A DNA stretch of 59,175 nt from assembly GCA_045590875.1 (NCBI GenBank), contig JAZNRT010000048.1:1-59175 (forward strand), read 5' to 3'. Origin of the DNA: Acutalibacteraceae bacterium (GTDB taxonomy: Bacteria > Bacillota > Clostridia > Oscillospirales > Acutalibacteraceae). A program made the translations under genes and the position numbers. The notes under the pieces are model-generated. The model did no database searches. It was not told the DNA's origin and worked only from the letters and a program-made list of their open reading frames with translations. Below are positions 27,417 to 36,880 of this stretch, one piece after another. Each line of letters starts with the position of its first letter. Position 1 is the stretch's first letter.

Positions 27417-27845
27417 TTAAAGCTTGGCAATATCGTTGCCGCTGAGCAGAGTTACACCTGCATTTTTGAGTGCTGTTTCAGCGCCCTCGGAATCGTCTAC
27501 ACGGATTACTACATATGCCTCTTTGCCTGATTTTGCAACGAAAGCGTAGAGATATTCAAGGTTAATGCCTGCATCTGACAGCACCTTAATTTCGCTTGCA
27601 AGTCCGCCGGGACGGTCGCTGGTGCAAACTGCAATAACATCTGTAACAGTGCTTATAAAACCACCCTCAGCAAGGGCAAGCGCTGCCTTTTCATTGTTAT
27701 CGGTAATCATTCTTAAAATTCCGAAATCCTTTGTATCTGCAATAGAAAGTGCGCGGATTTCGATGTGCGCCTCAGCTAGGGTGTTAAGCACCTCTACAAG
27801 GGCGCCCTTTTCGTTTTGAACAAAAACTGAAATCTGCTTAACCAT
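27417..27845 (-). CDS. ACT-domain protein (tandem ACT)
   Basis: 142 aa with two ACT-like beta-alpha-beta-beta-alpha-beta halves. AGGAGG RBS. Typical last gene of ior/paaK clusters. Confidence 0.8.
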   Translation of the reverse strand: MVKQISVFVQNEKGALVEVLNTLAEAHIEIRALSIADTKDFGILRMITDNNEKAALALAEGGFISTVTDVIAVCTSDRPGGLASEIKVLSDAGINLEYLYAFVAKSGKEAYVVIRVDDSEGAETALKNAGVTLLSGNDIAKL

Positions 27846-27859
27846 TTATAAGTACCTCC

Positions 27860-29170
27860 TTAATCGTGAAGCTTACGCTTGTCAATAATGCGAACGGCCT
27901 TACCCTCGCTACGGGTAATGGTCTTGGGTGCAACAAGGTGCACCTTGGGTTTGATGCCAAGCATAGTTGTAATTGCTGATTCCAGTGCATGCTCGGCATT
28001 TGCAAGGTCCTTCACGGTATCCGAGAACTGATCGGGAGCAATTTCAACATTAACATCAAGTGTGTCGTTATTCTTCACGCGGTCAACAATAATCTGATAG
28101 TTGGGGGTGTAGCCCTCTTTAAGAAGAACTGTTTCAATCTGAGAGGGGAACACATTAACACCGCGAATAATCATCATATCATCGCTTCTGCCCATAGGTT
28201 TGCTCATTTTAACAAGAGTTCTGCCGCAGCTGCACTTTTCGCGGGTCAGCACGCAGATATCGCGGGTGCGGTAACGAAGCAGGGGGAAGCCCTCTTTAGT
28301 GATGGATGTAAACACGAGCTCGCCCTTCTGTCCGTAAGGAAGCACCTCCTCGGTTTCGGGGTCGATAATTTCAGGAATAAAGTGGTCCTCGCAAACGTGC
28401 ATACCTGTTTGCTCCTCACATTCAAAGGAAACACCGGGGCCGGTGGTTTCGGTAAGTCCGTAAATATCGTATGCCTTAATTCCGAGACTCTTTTCGATAT
28501 CACGGCGCATTTCCTCAGTCCAGGGCTCTGCACCGAAGATACCCGCTTTCAGCTTGTTGTCGCTGGGCTTGTAGCCTGCTTCCTTTAAGGACTCACCAAT
28601 GTATGCGGCATAAGAGGGAGTACAGCAAAGAATGGTTGCGCCTAAATCCATCATAAACTGAATCTGACGCTCTGTATTACCCGAAGACATAGGCAGTGTT
28701 AAACAGCCAACCTTGTGGGAACCGCCGTTAAGGCCGGGGCCGCCTGTGAAAAGACCGTAGCCGTAGCAAACCTGACAAACATCTTCATTAGTTCCACCTG
28801 CCGCAACAATAGCACGGGCACAGCATTCTTCCCAAAGGTCAACGTCCTTTTGGGTGTAAAATGCAACCACACGTCTGCCTGTTGTACCTGAGGTAGATTG
28901 AATTCTAACACAGTTCTTAATATCGGTGCCGAGAAGACCGTAGGGGTATTGGTCGCGAAGGTCTGCCTTTGTTAAAAAGGGTAGCTTGTGAAGGTCGTCA
29001 ACGCCCTTTATATCGTCGGGGGTAACACCCTTCTTTTCCATAAGGGAACGATAGTAAGGAACATTGTCCCACACATGGCGAACCTGTTTCACCAAGCGCT
29101 CGCTTTGTAGCTTTTTCATTTCCTCATAAGACATAGTCTCAATTTCTTTTTGATAGTAGTTTTTGCTCAT
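27860..29170 (-). CDS. paaK: phenylacetate--CoA ligase family protein
   Basis: STSGTTGR AMP-binding motif, PaaK-type length and C-terminus. The ATG at 29170 follows GAAAGG; the track start at 29188 is a TTG within the RBS. Confidence 0.88.
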   Translation of the reverse strand: MSKNYYQKEIETMSYEEMKKLQSERLVKQVRHVWDNVPYYRSLMEKKGVTPDDIKGVDDLHKLPFLTKADLRDQYPYGLLGTDIKNCVRIQSTSGTTGRRVVAFYTQKDVDLWEECCARAIVAAGGTNEDVCQVCYGYGLFTGGPGLNGGSHKVGCLTLPMSSGNTERQIQFMMDLGATILCCTPSYAAYIGESLKEAGYKPSDNKLKAGIFGAEPWTEEMRRDIEKSLGIKAYDIYGLTETTGPGVSFECEEQTGMHVCEDHFIPEIIDPETEEVLPYGQKGELVFTSITKEGFPLLRYRTRDICVLTREKCSCGRTLVKMSKPMGRSDDMMIIRGVNVFPSQIETVLLKEGYTPNYQIIVDRVKNNDTLDVNVEIAPDQFSDTVKDLANAEHALESAITTMLGIKPKVHLVAPKTITRSEGKAVRIIDKRKLHD

Positions 29171-29196
29171 CGGTATCAGACCTTTCAAACGTTATA

Positions 29197-29769
29197 TTAA
29201 GCTTCGCAACCAAGCTCAAAGGCTTTTTTGTTTATCTCTAAAAACTTAGGGTTAACAACCGCCTCCAGAGCTTTCAGCCATTTATCCTTATCAATATCCC
29301 AATGCTTTGCAAGCCGACCCATAAGCACTATGTTTACAGCCTTTGAGGTGCCCGCCTCTTCGGCAAGAGAAAGCGCGTCCACAGCCTCAACTGAGCAGCC
29401 CTTGGCTTTTAACTCTTCTAAAATATCTGCGGGATATTCTGCAACACCTGTTATAACAGGCATTGGGTCGATTTGCTGAGTGTTGGTGATAATCATACCC
29501 TTTTTCTTTAAATAAGGTGCATATCGAGCCGCTTCAAGCTTTTCAAAGGAAATAATGTAGTCTGCTTCGCCTAAGTCAACTATAGGGGAGTAAACCTTTT
29601 CGCCAAAGCGAACATAGGTTACAACCGAGCCTCCGCGCTGACTCATACCGTGCACTTCGGAAACCTTAACATCGTAGCCCTCGTTAAGGAGTAAATTTCC
29701 AAGCAGTTTACTCGCAAGAAGTGAGCCCTGACCGCCAACACCAACTATCATAATACTTGTTGTTTTCAT
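29197..29769 (-). CDS. iorB: indolepyruvate:ferredoxin oxidoreductase subunit beta
   Basis: 190 aa. GVGGQG N-terminal motif. Directly downstream of iorA. Confidence 0.88.
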   Translation of the reverse strand: MKTTSIMIVGVGGQGSLLASKLLGNLLLNEGYDVKVSEVHGMSQRGGSVVTYVRFGEKVYSPIVDLGEADYIISFEKLEAARYAPYLKKKGMIITNTQQIDPMPVITGVAEYPADILEELKAKGCSVEAVDALSLAEEAGTSKAVNIVLMGRLAKHWDIDKDKWLKALEAVVNPKFLEINKKAFELGCEA

Positions 29770-29785
29770 TTAAAGCCTACCTCCC

Positions 29786-31513
29786 TTAAACTATTGCATC
29801 GAATGCACACATTTGTTTACAAACACCGCAACCAACACAAAGGGTGTTGTCGATAACCGCTTTGCCGTCTTTAAAGCTTATGGCGGGACAGCCAAGCTTC
29901 ATACATTTACGGCAAGCACGGCACTTGTCACTATCAACACTGAGTGAGGGCAGTGCCTTAACGGTTTTAAGCAGCACACAAGGTCTGCGTGAAATAATTA
30001 CCGAAGGCTCGCTCACGCTGAGCTCCTCTTTAATCACACGGTCGCACTCCGCTAAATCATAGGGGTCAACAACCGTTACACGGTTTATGCCAACCGCATG
30101 GCATAGCGCTTCCAAATCAATTTTACCTGCAGGGTCGCCCTTAATGTTAAAGCCTGTGGTGGGGTTTTGTTGATGGCCTGTCATACCTGTGATTGAGTTA
30201 TCTAAAATAATTACGGTGGAATTAGAGCCGTTGTAAGCTATATCTACAAGGCCTGTAATTCCCGAATGCATGAAGGTGGAATCACCAATCACGGCAACCG
30301 ATTTGCCTTCAGTCTCAGCACCGCCCGCAACATTAAATCCGTGAAGTCCCGAAACCGAAGCACCCATACAAAGGGTTGTGTCAACAGCCGAAAGGGGCGG
30401 TTGAGCACCCAAGGTGTAACAGCCGATGTCACCGATAACAGTGATTTTGTTTTTGGCAAGTGTATAGTATACACCTCTGTGGGGACAGCCTGCGCACATC
30501 ATGGGCGGACGAACAGGCACGGTTGTGTCTGCAGAGACACCGCAAGCGGTTTCTATACCAAAGGCAGCGGCAATAGTATTCTGTGAATATTCACCGATGG
30601 GGGAGAAAAGGCTTTTACCCTCTACTTGAAGCCCTAAATTGCGGCAGAAGCTTTCTATAATTCCGTCCAACTCCTCAATAACCACAAGCCTTTCTACCGA
30701 CTTTGCAAAATCGGTGATCATTTTCGGGGGCAGGGGGTTCACCATACCAAGCTTCAGCACCGAAACTTTATCTCCAAACACCTCTTTAACATATTGATAA
30801 CAGGTGCCGGAGGTTATAATACCAAGGCTTTTATCCTCAGCTGATTCTACCTTGTTGAATTCACAGCTTTCTGCAAATTCAGAAAGCGCCTTAGTGCGTT
30901 CTTCAACAAAGGGGTGGCGCTTTTTGGCATTGCCCGGCATCATAACGTATTTGGCAATATCCTTATTGTAGGGCATTTCGGGAGCATTATCACGCTCGCC
31001 TAAATTCACAACACTTTGTGAGTGGGCAATTCTTGTGCAGGTGCGCATAAGAATGGGGGTGTCAAAATCCTCCGAAAGCTTAAAGGAAGCTTTTGCAAAG
31101 CTTAGAGCCTCCTTAGAATCAGCGGGCTCAAGCATGGGAATTTTTGCCGCGATTGCATAGTGGCGGGAATCCTGCTCATTTTGCGAAGAATGCATTGCGG
31201 GGTCGTCTGCCACACAGATAACAAGACCCGCATTAACACCTGTATATGAAAGGGTAAATAATGGGTCGGCGGCAACGTTAAGCCCAACGTGCTTCATACA
31301 GCAAACCGCACGCTTTCCGCCTAAAGCCGCACCGAAAGCTACTTCGGCAGCAACCTTTTCGTTGGGTGCCCATTCACTGTAAATATCGTCGTATTTTGCT
31401 AAAAATTCAGTTATCTCTGTTGAGGGTGTACCTGGGTAGCTGGAAACTACACCGATTCCGCCCTCCCAAAAGCCACGAGCCAGAGCCTCGTTGCCTATCA
31501 TTAACTTTTTCAT
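29786..31513 (-). CDS. iorA: indolepyruvate:ferredoxin oxidoreductase subunit alpha
   Basis: TPP-binding region GDIGCYTLG...GDSTFMHSG. C-terminal 2x[4Fe-4S] motifs CRACRKCMKLGCP and CVGCGVCKQMC. Confidence 0.9.
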   Translation of the reverse strand: MKKLMIGNEALARGFWEGGIGVVSSYPGTPSTEITEFLAKYDDIYSEWAPNEKVAAEVAFGAALGGKRAVCCMKHVGLNVAADPLFTLSYTGVNAGLVICVADDPAMHSSQNEQDSRHYAIAAKIPMLEPADSKEALSFAKASFKLSEDFDTPILMRTCTRIAHSQSVVNLGERDNAPEMPYNKDIAKYVMMPGNAKKRHPFVEERTKALSEFAESCEFNKVESAEDKSLGIITSGTCYQYVKEVFGDKVSVLKLGMVNPLPPKMITDFAKSVERLVVIEELDGIIESFCRNLGLQVEGKSLFSPIGEYSQNTIAAAFGIETACGVSADTTVPVRPPMMCAGCPHRGVYYTLAKNKITVIGDIGCYTLGAQPPLSAVDTTLCMGASVSGLHGFNVAGGAETEGKSVAVIGDSTFMHSGITGLVDIAYNGSNSTVIILDNSITGMTGHQQNPTTGFNIKGDPAGKIDLEALCHAVGINRVTVVDPYDLAECDRVIKEELSVSEPSVIISRRPCVLLKTVKALPSLSVDSDKCRACRKCMKLGCPAISFKDGKAVIDNTLCVGCGVCKQMCAFDAIV

Positions 31514-31534
31514 CTGAATCCTCCTGAAAAAAGG

Positions 31535-33178
31535 TTAGTTTGTAGTTGCTTCTTCAACAAGCCTTACACCGCAGTAAATTTCGCGAAGCTTTGGCTTTTC
31601 AATTTTACCTGTGGGGTTTCTCGGTACGTCGGCAAAAATAATTTTCTTGGGACGCTTGTATCGTGGCAGGTCACTGCAGAATTCGTTAACCTCGTCTTCT
31701 GTAAGGCTGCATTCGGGCTTTACTTCGATAATAGCGGTGGCAATTTCACCTAAGCGTTTATCGGGCAGACCTATAACCGCAACGTCTTTAATCTTGTCGT
31801 TAGCCCTTAAAAAGTCCTCAATCTGTACGGGGTAAAGATTTTCACCGCCGCTGATAATAACATCCTTTTTGCGGTCTACAAGGTAAATAAATCCGTCTTC
31901 ATCCTCCCTTGCCATATCTCCTGTGAGTAACCAGCCGTCGCGAAGCATTTCGGCTGTGGCTTCGGGATTTTTGTAGTAGCAAAGCATAACACCGTTGCCC
32001 GCAACTGCCAATTCACCGACCTCGCCACGCTTAACGTCGGCTCCGGCTTCGTCTAAAATCCTTGTTTTCCAACCATAGCCCGCTTTACCTATGGCGCCAA
32101 CCTTGTGTATATTTTCAACACCCAGATGCACGCAACCCGGACCTATGGATTCCGAAAGTCCATAGTTCGTATCGTATTCGTGGTGGGGGAAACGCTCTTT
32201 CCAACGTCTTATAAGGCTGGGGGGCACAGGCTGTGCGCCAATGTGCATAAGCCGCCACTGAGAAAGGCGGTAATCCTCGGTGTTGATTTCCCCGCTGTCG
32301 ATAGCGTCGAGAACGTCCTGAGCCCAGGGAACAAGTAACCATACAATGGTGCATTTTTCTTCCGATACGCATTGGAGTATCCATTCAGGGCTCACACCCT
32401 TAAGAAGCACAGCTCTAGAAGCAGAAACAAGGCTTCCAAACCAGTGCATTTTAGCCCCTGTGTGATAAAGGGGAGGTATGCATAGAAATACATCGTCACG
32501 GGTTTGGGAGTGGTGATTCTGCTCGGTAAGGCAGGAGTGAACAAGGGCGCGGTGGTTATGTAAAATAGCCTTTGGAAAGCCGGTTGTACCCGATGAAAAA
32601 TATATAGCGGCTTCATCGTCGTCGGTAATTTTTACAGGTGGTGCAACGCTTGAGCAATAGGTTACCATTTCACCGTAGTTATCTGAAAATTCGGGTGTTT
32701 TATCGCGAGTGCCAACAAAGAAAAAGTTGCTGATTTTTTCTTGAAGCTTCGGGCGGATTGCCTCAATTCGCTCAGTGAATTCAGGGCCGAAAACCATCAT
32801 AGAGCAATCGGCTAATTCGGAGCAGTAGAGTATTTCGTCGGAATCGTAGCGATAGTTCATAGGAACAACTATGGCACCCGATTTAATAATACCGAAGTAT
32901 ATAGGCAACCACTCAATGCAGTTCATAAGAAGAATTGCAACCTTGTCGCCCTTCTTAATTCCCCTTGTGAACAGAAGGTTCGCAAAGCGGTTGGCATAGG
33001 TGTCGAACTGACGCCAGGTAATCTCTCGGCGGTATTCAGCACCCTCGGCGGCTTCAATTAGATTGTATTCCCGCCAGGTGGTAGCCTTATCGGGCTGATT
33101 TTGAGGGGTGATTTCGGTAAGCGCTCTGTCGTTTGGGTACAGGCGCGAGTTGTTTTCAAGAAAATCTGTAATGGGCAT
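31535..33178 (-). CDS. AMP-forming acyl-CoA synthetase (ANL superfamily)
   Basis: SSGTTGFPK, YGLSE, GWLLTGD and PRNPTGKI motifs. Confidence 0.85.
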   Translation of the reverse strand: MPITDFLENNSRLYPNDRALTEITPQNQPDKATTWREYNLIEAAEGAEYRREITWRQFDTYANRFANLLFTRGIKKGDKVAILLMNCIEWLPIYFGIIKSGAIVVPMNYRYDSDEILYCSELADCSMMVFGPEFTERIEAIRPKLQEKISNFFFVGTRDKTPEFSDNYGEMVTYCSSVAPPVKITDDDEAAIYFSSGTTGFPKAILHNHRALVHSCLTEQNHHSQTRDDVFLCIPPLYHTGAKMHWFGSLVSASRAVLLKGVSPEWILQCVSEEKCTIVWLLVPWAQDVLDAIDSGEINTEDYRLSQWRLMHIGAQPVPPSLIRRWKERFPHHEYDTNYGLSESIGPGCVHLGVENIHKVGAIGKAGYGWKTRILDEAGADVKRGEVGELAVAGNGVMLCYYKNPEATAEMLRDGWLLTGDMAREDEDGFIYLVDRKKDVIISGGENLYPVQIEDFLRANDKIKDVAVIGLPDKRLGEIATAIIEVKPECSLTEDEVNEFCSDLPRYKRPKKIIFADVPRNPTGKIEKPKLREIYCGVRLVEEATTN

Positions 33179-33214
33179 AAGCTTACCTCTTTTATATATG
33201 TACTAATACACTTT

Positions 33215-33243
33215 ATAATATCACACAACTACATATTTCGCAA
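33215..33243 (-). promoter_or_regulatory. sigma-A-type promoter of the acyl-CoA synthetase-ior operon
   Basis: On the minus strand: TTGCGA, 17 nt, TGaTATTAT (extended -10). Confidence 0.5.
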
Positions 33244-33295
33244 GAATTATCTACAAATAAAAACATTTTTTTGCAAACAGCTTAATATAGCCCTA

Positions 33296-33331
33296 TAAAA
33301 ACAGCGATGAGCCATCTGCTCACCGCTGTTT
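33296..33331 (-). terminator. rho-independent terminator after the ECF S-component gene
   Basis: AACAGCGGTGAGC agat GGCTCATCGCTGTT followed by TTTTAT on the minus strand. The structure is symmetric, with a T-run on the plus strand as well. Confidence 0.7.
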
Positions 33332-33334
33332 TTG

Positions 33335-33850
33335 TTATTTTGTTGTGTATCTCTCAGAGCATTTTAATATTGCTACAATGGGGCAAATCAGAATCCCGCA
33401 AATAAAATTGCTGACACCGTGAATGCAGTCCCAAGGAAGCCCTGCAATAATCCAGGTAATCATTCCGTTAAAATCTAGTCCAAAAAGGAGTGCTTGCGCC
33501 GGTGCGTACAATGTGCCGTATAAAAAGCCGTGCAAAGCGCACAAGCTCATATACACAATAGGTTTGATTTTGGGTGGTATTTTTTTGGGCAAAAGTAATG
33601 TTGCAAAGCACAAAACTGCCCATAAATACAGGTGGGGAATCCACCAGGTGGCAAAGCCTGAAAACAAACCGAGTATAAGCACATATATGCAAATCGGATA
33701 TAAAGCCTTTTTTCTGTATACAAGCGTTATTGCAATGGTAAAAACTCCCAGCAAATGGATGTTAGGCAATAATTCCATAAGTAGTTTGGAGGCATACATC
33801 AAGGCTCCGAGCATACCAAAAACGGTAATTTCTTTTACGCTTAATCTCAC
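33335..33850 (-). CDS. ECF-transporter S-component-like membrane protein (candidate cobalamin-specific)
   Basis: 171 aa, about 5-6 TM helices. GTG start overlapping the upstream stop (GTGA). Lies under the putative B12 riboswitch. Confidence 0.6.
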   Translation of the reverse strand: MRLSVKEITVFGMLGALMYASKLLMELLPNIHLLGVFTIAITLVYRKKALYPICIYVLILGLFSGFATWWIPHLYLWAVLCFATLLLPKKIPPKIKPIVYMSLCALHGFLYGTLYAPAQALLFGLDFNGMITWIIAGLPWDCIHGVSNFICGILICPIVAILKCSERYTTK

Positions 33851-34311
33851 GCCTTTTCCGCCTTAAAGGAATAGGTGGAGCCCGCAGTGATTTCGGTGGT
33901 ATCAACACCGCTGGTGGCATAGCTTCCATCTACATAAAATGCCCAGTATTTTCCGTCGGTGTTGTAGTCGAGCGTAAGTCCGTTTACAGTTTTCACATAC
34001 AAACCGTAATCGCTGACTTCACCTGCTATAAGCTTTAGTTCCAGCAGTGCTTCACCCACAGTAGTTTTGTTTGTGTGGATTTCGAAGATGGTTTCGTTGC
34101 CGTCGGCATCGGTTACAGTGAAGGGAAATTCTGTTTTTCCTTCACCGAGAACGGTGATGTCGGACTGCGAAAGGGTGGACGACCCCTGAGAAGAAGGGGT
34201 AGAGGTGGTTTTGTTGTCGCTGCAACCGATTGTAAGAAGCGCCATAGCCGCAATAAGCACCATACAAACGCTGAGGGACAACGATTTTTTAAAAAATCGA
34301 GTCTTTTGCAT
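33847..34311 (-). CDS. DUF4430-type (transcobalamin-like) lipoprotein
   Basis: Lipobox LLTIGC. C-terminus ...YGLYVKTVNGL...DGKYWAFYVDGSYATSGVD is typical of DUF4430. The ATG at 34311 lies 9 nt after AAGGAGA. Confidence 0.7.
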   Translation of the reverse strand: MQKTRFFKKSLSLSVCMVLIAAMALLTIGCSDNKTTSTPSSQGSSTLSQSDITVLGEGKTEFPFTVTDADGNETIFEIHTNKTTVGEALLELKLIAGEVSDYGLYVKTVNGLTLDYNTDGKYWAFYVDGSYATSGVDTTEITAGSTYSFKAEKA

Positions 34312-34334
34312 TGTTTGCATTCTCCTTAAAATTT

Positions 34335-34545
34335 ATTTCCTCTAAACCGGCTACCGCAGTTCACTTTGAGGAGTTTATCATTCGGGTATTTCGACTTGAT
34401 GCTTTTGCTTTCACCTTCTCAAGATAGGCTCTCAATGGCTTGTCCCCGATTTGCGGCATCGGGCAAGAAAACAAAATATTAAACTGCATCTCACGGCGAC
34501 GGGCTCGTACAGGATTTGCACCTGTTTCCCCGAAAAGATAGACGT
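34335..34545 (-). promoter_or_regulatory. putative cobalamin (B12) riboswitch
   Basis: Minus-strand core GGGGAAACAGGTGCAAATCCTGTACGAGCCCGTCGCCGTGAG resembles the conserved GGGAA..GGTG.AAATCC...CCCGC..CTGT core. A degenerate B12-box-like AAGCCATTGAGAGCCTATC follows. The downstream genes are typical B12-regulated cargo. Confidence 0.6.
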
Positions 34546-34571
34546 TTTATGTATATTTCAACAATTGGATA

Positions 34572-35183
34572 TTATTTATTTTTCCTTTTGCGCTTTATTC
34601 TGAGTTTAGACCACATAAGAATAATTATTTGCGCGGGAATTCCCAAAATAAATATCTGCCAGATATAGGTGCCAAAGGGCAGAAAGGTTATAAAGAAAGC
34701 GGAAAGAAAACTCCAGACGAGCAGAGAAATTATAAGGAAATTTCGGTGGCGGTTGAACCATATCGAATTGAAAACCAGCCAAACCACCATAGATATAGGC
34801 ACAGCCCATAAAAATGCCAGCCAGTGCGCCTTTACATTTGCCACAGCAATATCTGTCGTAACAAAACAGAAGGTTGCCACAAACCACACAAGCAGTATGC
34901 TCATGCCTGTAATAAGGGCGCGGTTGCGCAGCTTTCTGACCGATTGGCGGCTGACCTGAGGCTCTTCGTCGTGCTCGGTATTTACAAGATAGTCCAGAGA
35001 AACGCCGAACAGGTCTGCAATTTCCTTTAGCACTGCCACGTCGGGTATAGCCTCGGCGCGTTCCCATTTGGAAATAGCCTTGTCGGAATAGTTGAGTTTT
35101 TCGGCAAGCTCCAATTGTGTGAGCTTGTTATTTTTTCGCAATTCTGCTATGTTATTCGCAATAATATTCTTAATTTCTTCCAT
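34572..35183 (-). CDS. XRE-family HTH regulator fused to a multi-TM membrane domain
   Basis: LTQLELAEKLNYSDKAISKWER HTH, then about 4 TM helices. The ATG at 35183 follows AAGGTGAAG. Confidence 0.7.
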   Translation of the reverse strand: MEEIKNIIANNIAELRKNNKLTQLELAEKLNYSDKAISKWERAEAIPDVAVLKEIADLFGVSLDYLVNTEHDEEPQVSRQSVRKLRNRALITGMSILLVWFVATFCFVTTDIAVANVKAHWLAFLWAVPISMVVWLVFNSIWFNRHRNFLIISLLVWSFLSAFFITFLPFGTYIWQIFILGIPAQIIILMWSKLRIKRKRKNK

Positions 35184-35318
35184 TAGCTTCACCTTGAATA
35201 TGATATTACTCTAAAATTATACTATTTAATTTTTAAAAAGTCAATCGACAAGACTATAAGTTGGTGGGGAAAAACAGAAAAAATATTTCAGAAATGCTAC
35301 CATAAAAGTGATATAGCC

Positions 35319-35347
35319 TTGATTTTAGGGAATGTTTGTGATAAAAT
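35319..35347 (+). promoter_or_regulatory. sigma-A-type promoter of serS
   Basis: TTGATT, 17 nt, TGaTAAAAT (extended -10). Confidence 0.5.
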
Positions 35348-35380
35348 GTTACAAGAAAATTTTGATTCGAGGGAAAACAA

Positions 35381-36673
35381 ATGCTGGATATTAAATTTTT
35401 AAGGGAAAACCCCGATATTGTTAAGGAAAATATTAAAAAGAAGTTTCAAGAGGATAAGCTTCCCCTTGTAGACGAGGTTATTAAGCTCGACAGTGATAAC
35501 CGCGCAATAATTAAAGAGGCTGAGGCTCTTAGAGCCAACCGTAATAAGGTTTCTAAAGGCATAGGCGCTCTTATGGCTCAGGGCAAGCGTGAAGAGGCTG
35601 AGGCAGAAAAGATTAAGGTTACACAGTTCTCAGAGCGCTTGGCAGAGTGTGAAAGGTTAGAAACCGAATATGCGGAAAAAATCAAAAGCATAATGATGGT
35701 TATTCCAAATATTATCGACCCCAGTGTGCCCATCGGCGAGGACGACAGCAAGAACGTTGAAGTCCAGCGTTATGGCGAGCCTGTGGTTCCCGATTTTGAG
35801 GTGCCATACCACACCGAAATTATGGAAAAATTCGATGGTATAGACCTTAATGCAGCGGGCTCAGTAGCGGGCAACGGCTTTTATTATATGATGGGTGATA
35901 TTGCCCGTCTTCACTCGGCAATCCTTTCCTATGCCCGTGATTTTATGATCGACAGAGGCTTTACTTATGTAATACCCCCTTATATGATTAGAAGAAACGT
36001 TGTAGAGGGTGTTATGAGCTTTGCCGAAATGGATGCTATGATGTATAAAATTGAGGGTGAGGACCTTTATCTCATCGGCACCAGTGAGCATTCTATGATA
36101 GGTAAGTTTATAGATACCGTAACCCCTGAATCAAAATTACCCATAAAGCTCACAAGCTATTCCCCATGTTTCAGAAAGGAAAAGGGTGCTCATGGTATAG
36201 AGGAGCGAGGGGTATACCGTATACATCAGTTTGAAAAGCAGGAAATGATAGTGGTTTGTAAGCCTGAGGAAAGCCCCAAATTTTTCGATATCCTTTGGCA
36301 GAACACTGTGGATTTCTTCCGTTCTCTTGATGTTCCCGTGCGCACTCTCGAATGCTGTTCAGGCGACCTTGCCGACCTTAAAGTTAAATCTATTGACGTT
36401 GAGGCTTGGTCCCCCCGTCAGAAAAAATATTTCGAGGTTGGCTCCTGCTCAAATCTTGGCGACGCACAAGCTCGCCGTCTTAAAATTCGCGTAAAGGGCG
36501 ACGATGGCAAGCCCTATCTTGCCCACACTCTTAACAACACCTGTGTAGCACCTCCAAGAATGTTGATTGCATTCCTTGAAAACAACCTTCAGGCAGATGG
36601 CTCGGTGCTTATTCCTGAAGCCCTCAGAATGTATATGGGCGGTAAGGACAGAATAGTTCCCTCACAGAAATAA
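35381..36673 (+). CDS. serS: serine--tRNA ligase
   Basis: 430 aa. N-terminal coiled-coil arm (MLDIKFLRENP...). Class II core with FRKE, GVYRIHQF.K.E and TLNNT.VA.PR motifs. Confidence 0.93.
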   Translation: MLDIKFLRENPDIVKENIKKKFQEDKLPLVDEVIKLDSDNRAIIKEAEALRANRNKVSKGIGALMAQGKREEAEAEKIKVTQFSERLAECERLETEYAEKIKSIMMVIPNIIDPSVPIGEDDSKNVEVQRYGEPVVPDFEVPYHTEIMEKFDGIDLNAAGSVAGNGFYYMMGDIARLHSAILSYARDFMIDRGFTYVIPPYMIRRNVVEGVMSFAEMDAMMYKIEGEDLYLIGTSEHSMIGKFIDTVTPESKLPIKLTSYSPCFRKEKGAHGIEERGVYRIHQFEKQEMIVVCKPEESPKFFDILWQNTVDFFRSLDVPVRTLECCSGDLADLKVKSIDVEAWSPRQKKYFEVGSCSNLGDAQARRLKIRVKGDDGKPYLAHTLNNTCVAPPRMLIAFLENNLQADGSVLIPEALRMYMGGKDRIVPSQK

Positions 36674-36747
36674 TGAGTTCTAATATAGGTAAAATTTAGA
36701 AAAATAGATTGAAATAATTGCATTTTTCCTTTCTAACTGGAGAGTTG

Positions 36748-36776
36748 TTGACAATCTTGTACAATTATGATAAAAT
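36748..36776 (+). promoter_or_regulatory. sigma-A-type promoter upstream of the sugar transferase gene
   Basis: TTGACA (36748-36753), 17 nt, TAAAAT (36771-36776). Confidence 0.5.
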
Positions 36777-36880
36777 TTGTATGAATATTTGCATTTTGTT
36801 ATTATAAGTTGCTGTATATACTTACTGTCAACTCGAAATTGGATGTGAAAAAAGTGGTAGTTACAGAAGATGAGGTAAAA

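Noticed and set aside
35193-35380. T-box leader upstream of serS, and likewise an L-box upstream of dapA (23513-23667).
   Set aside because: The intergenic regions are short (about 150-190 nt). They lack the conserved T-box sequence (AANNNGGGTGGNACCGCG-like), any specifier/antiterminator architecture, and lysine-riboswitch core motifs. Only simple promoters are evident.
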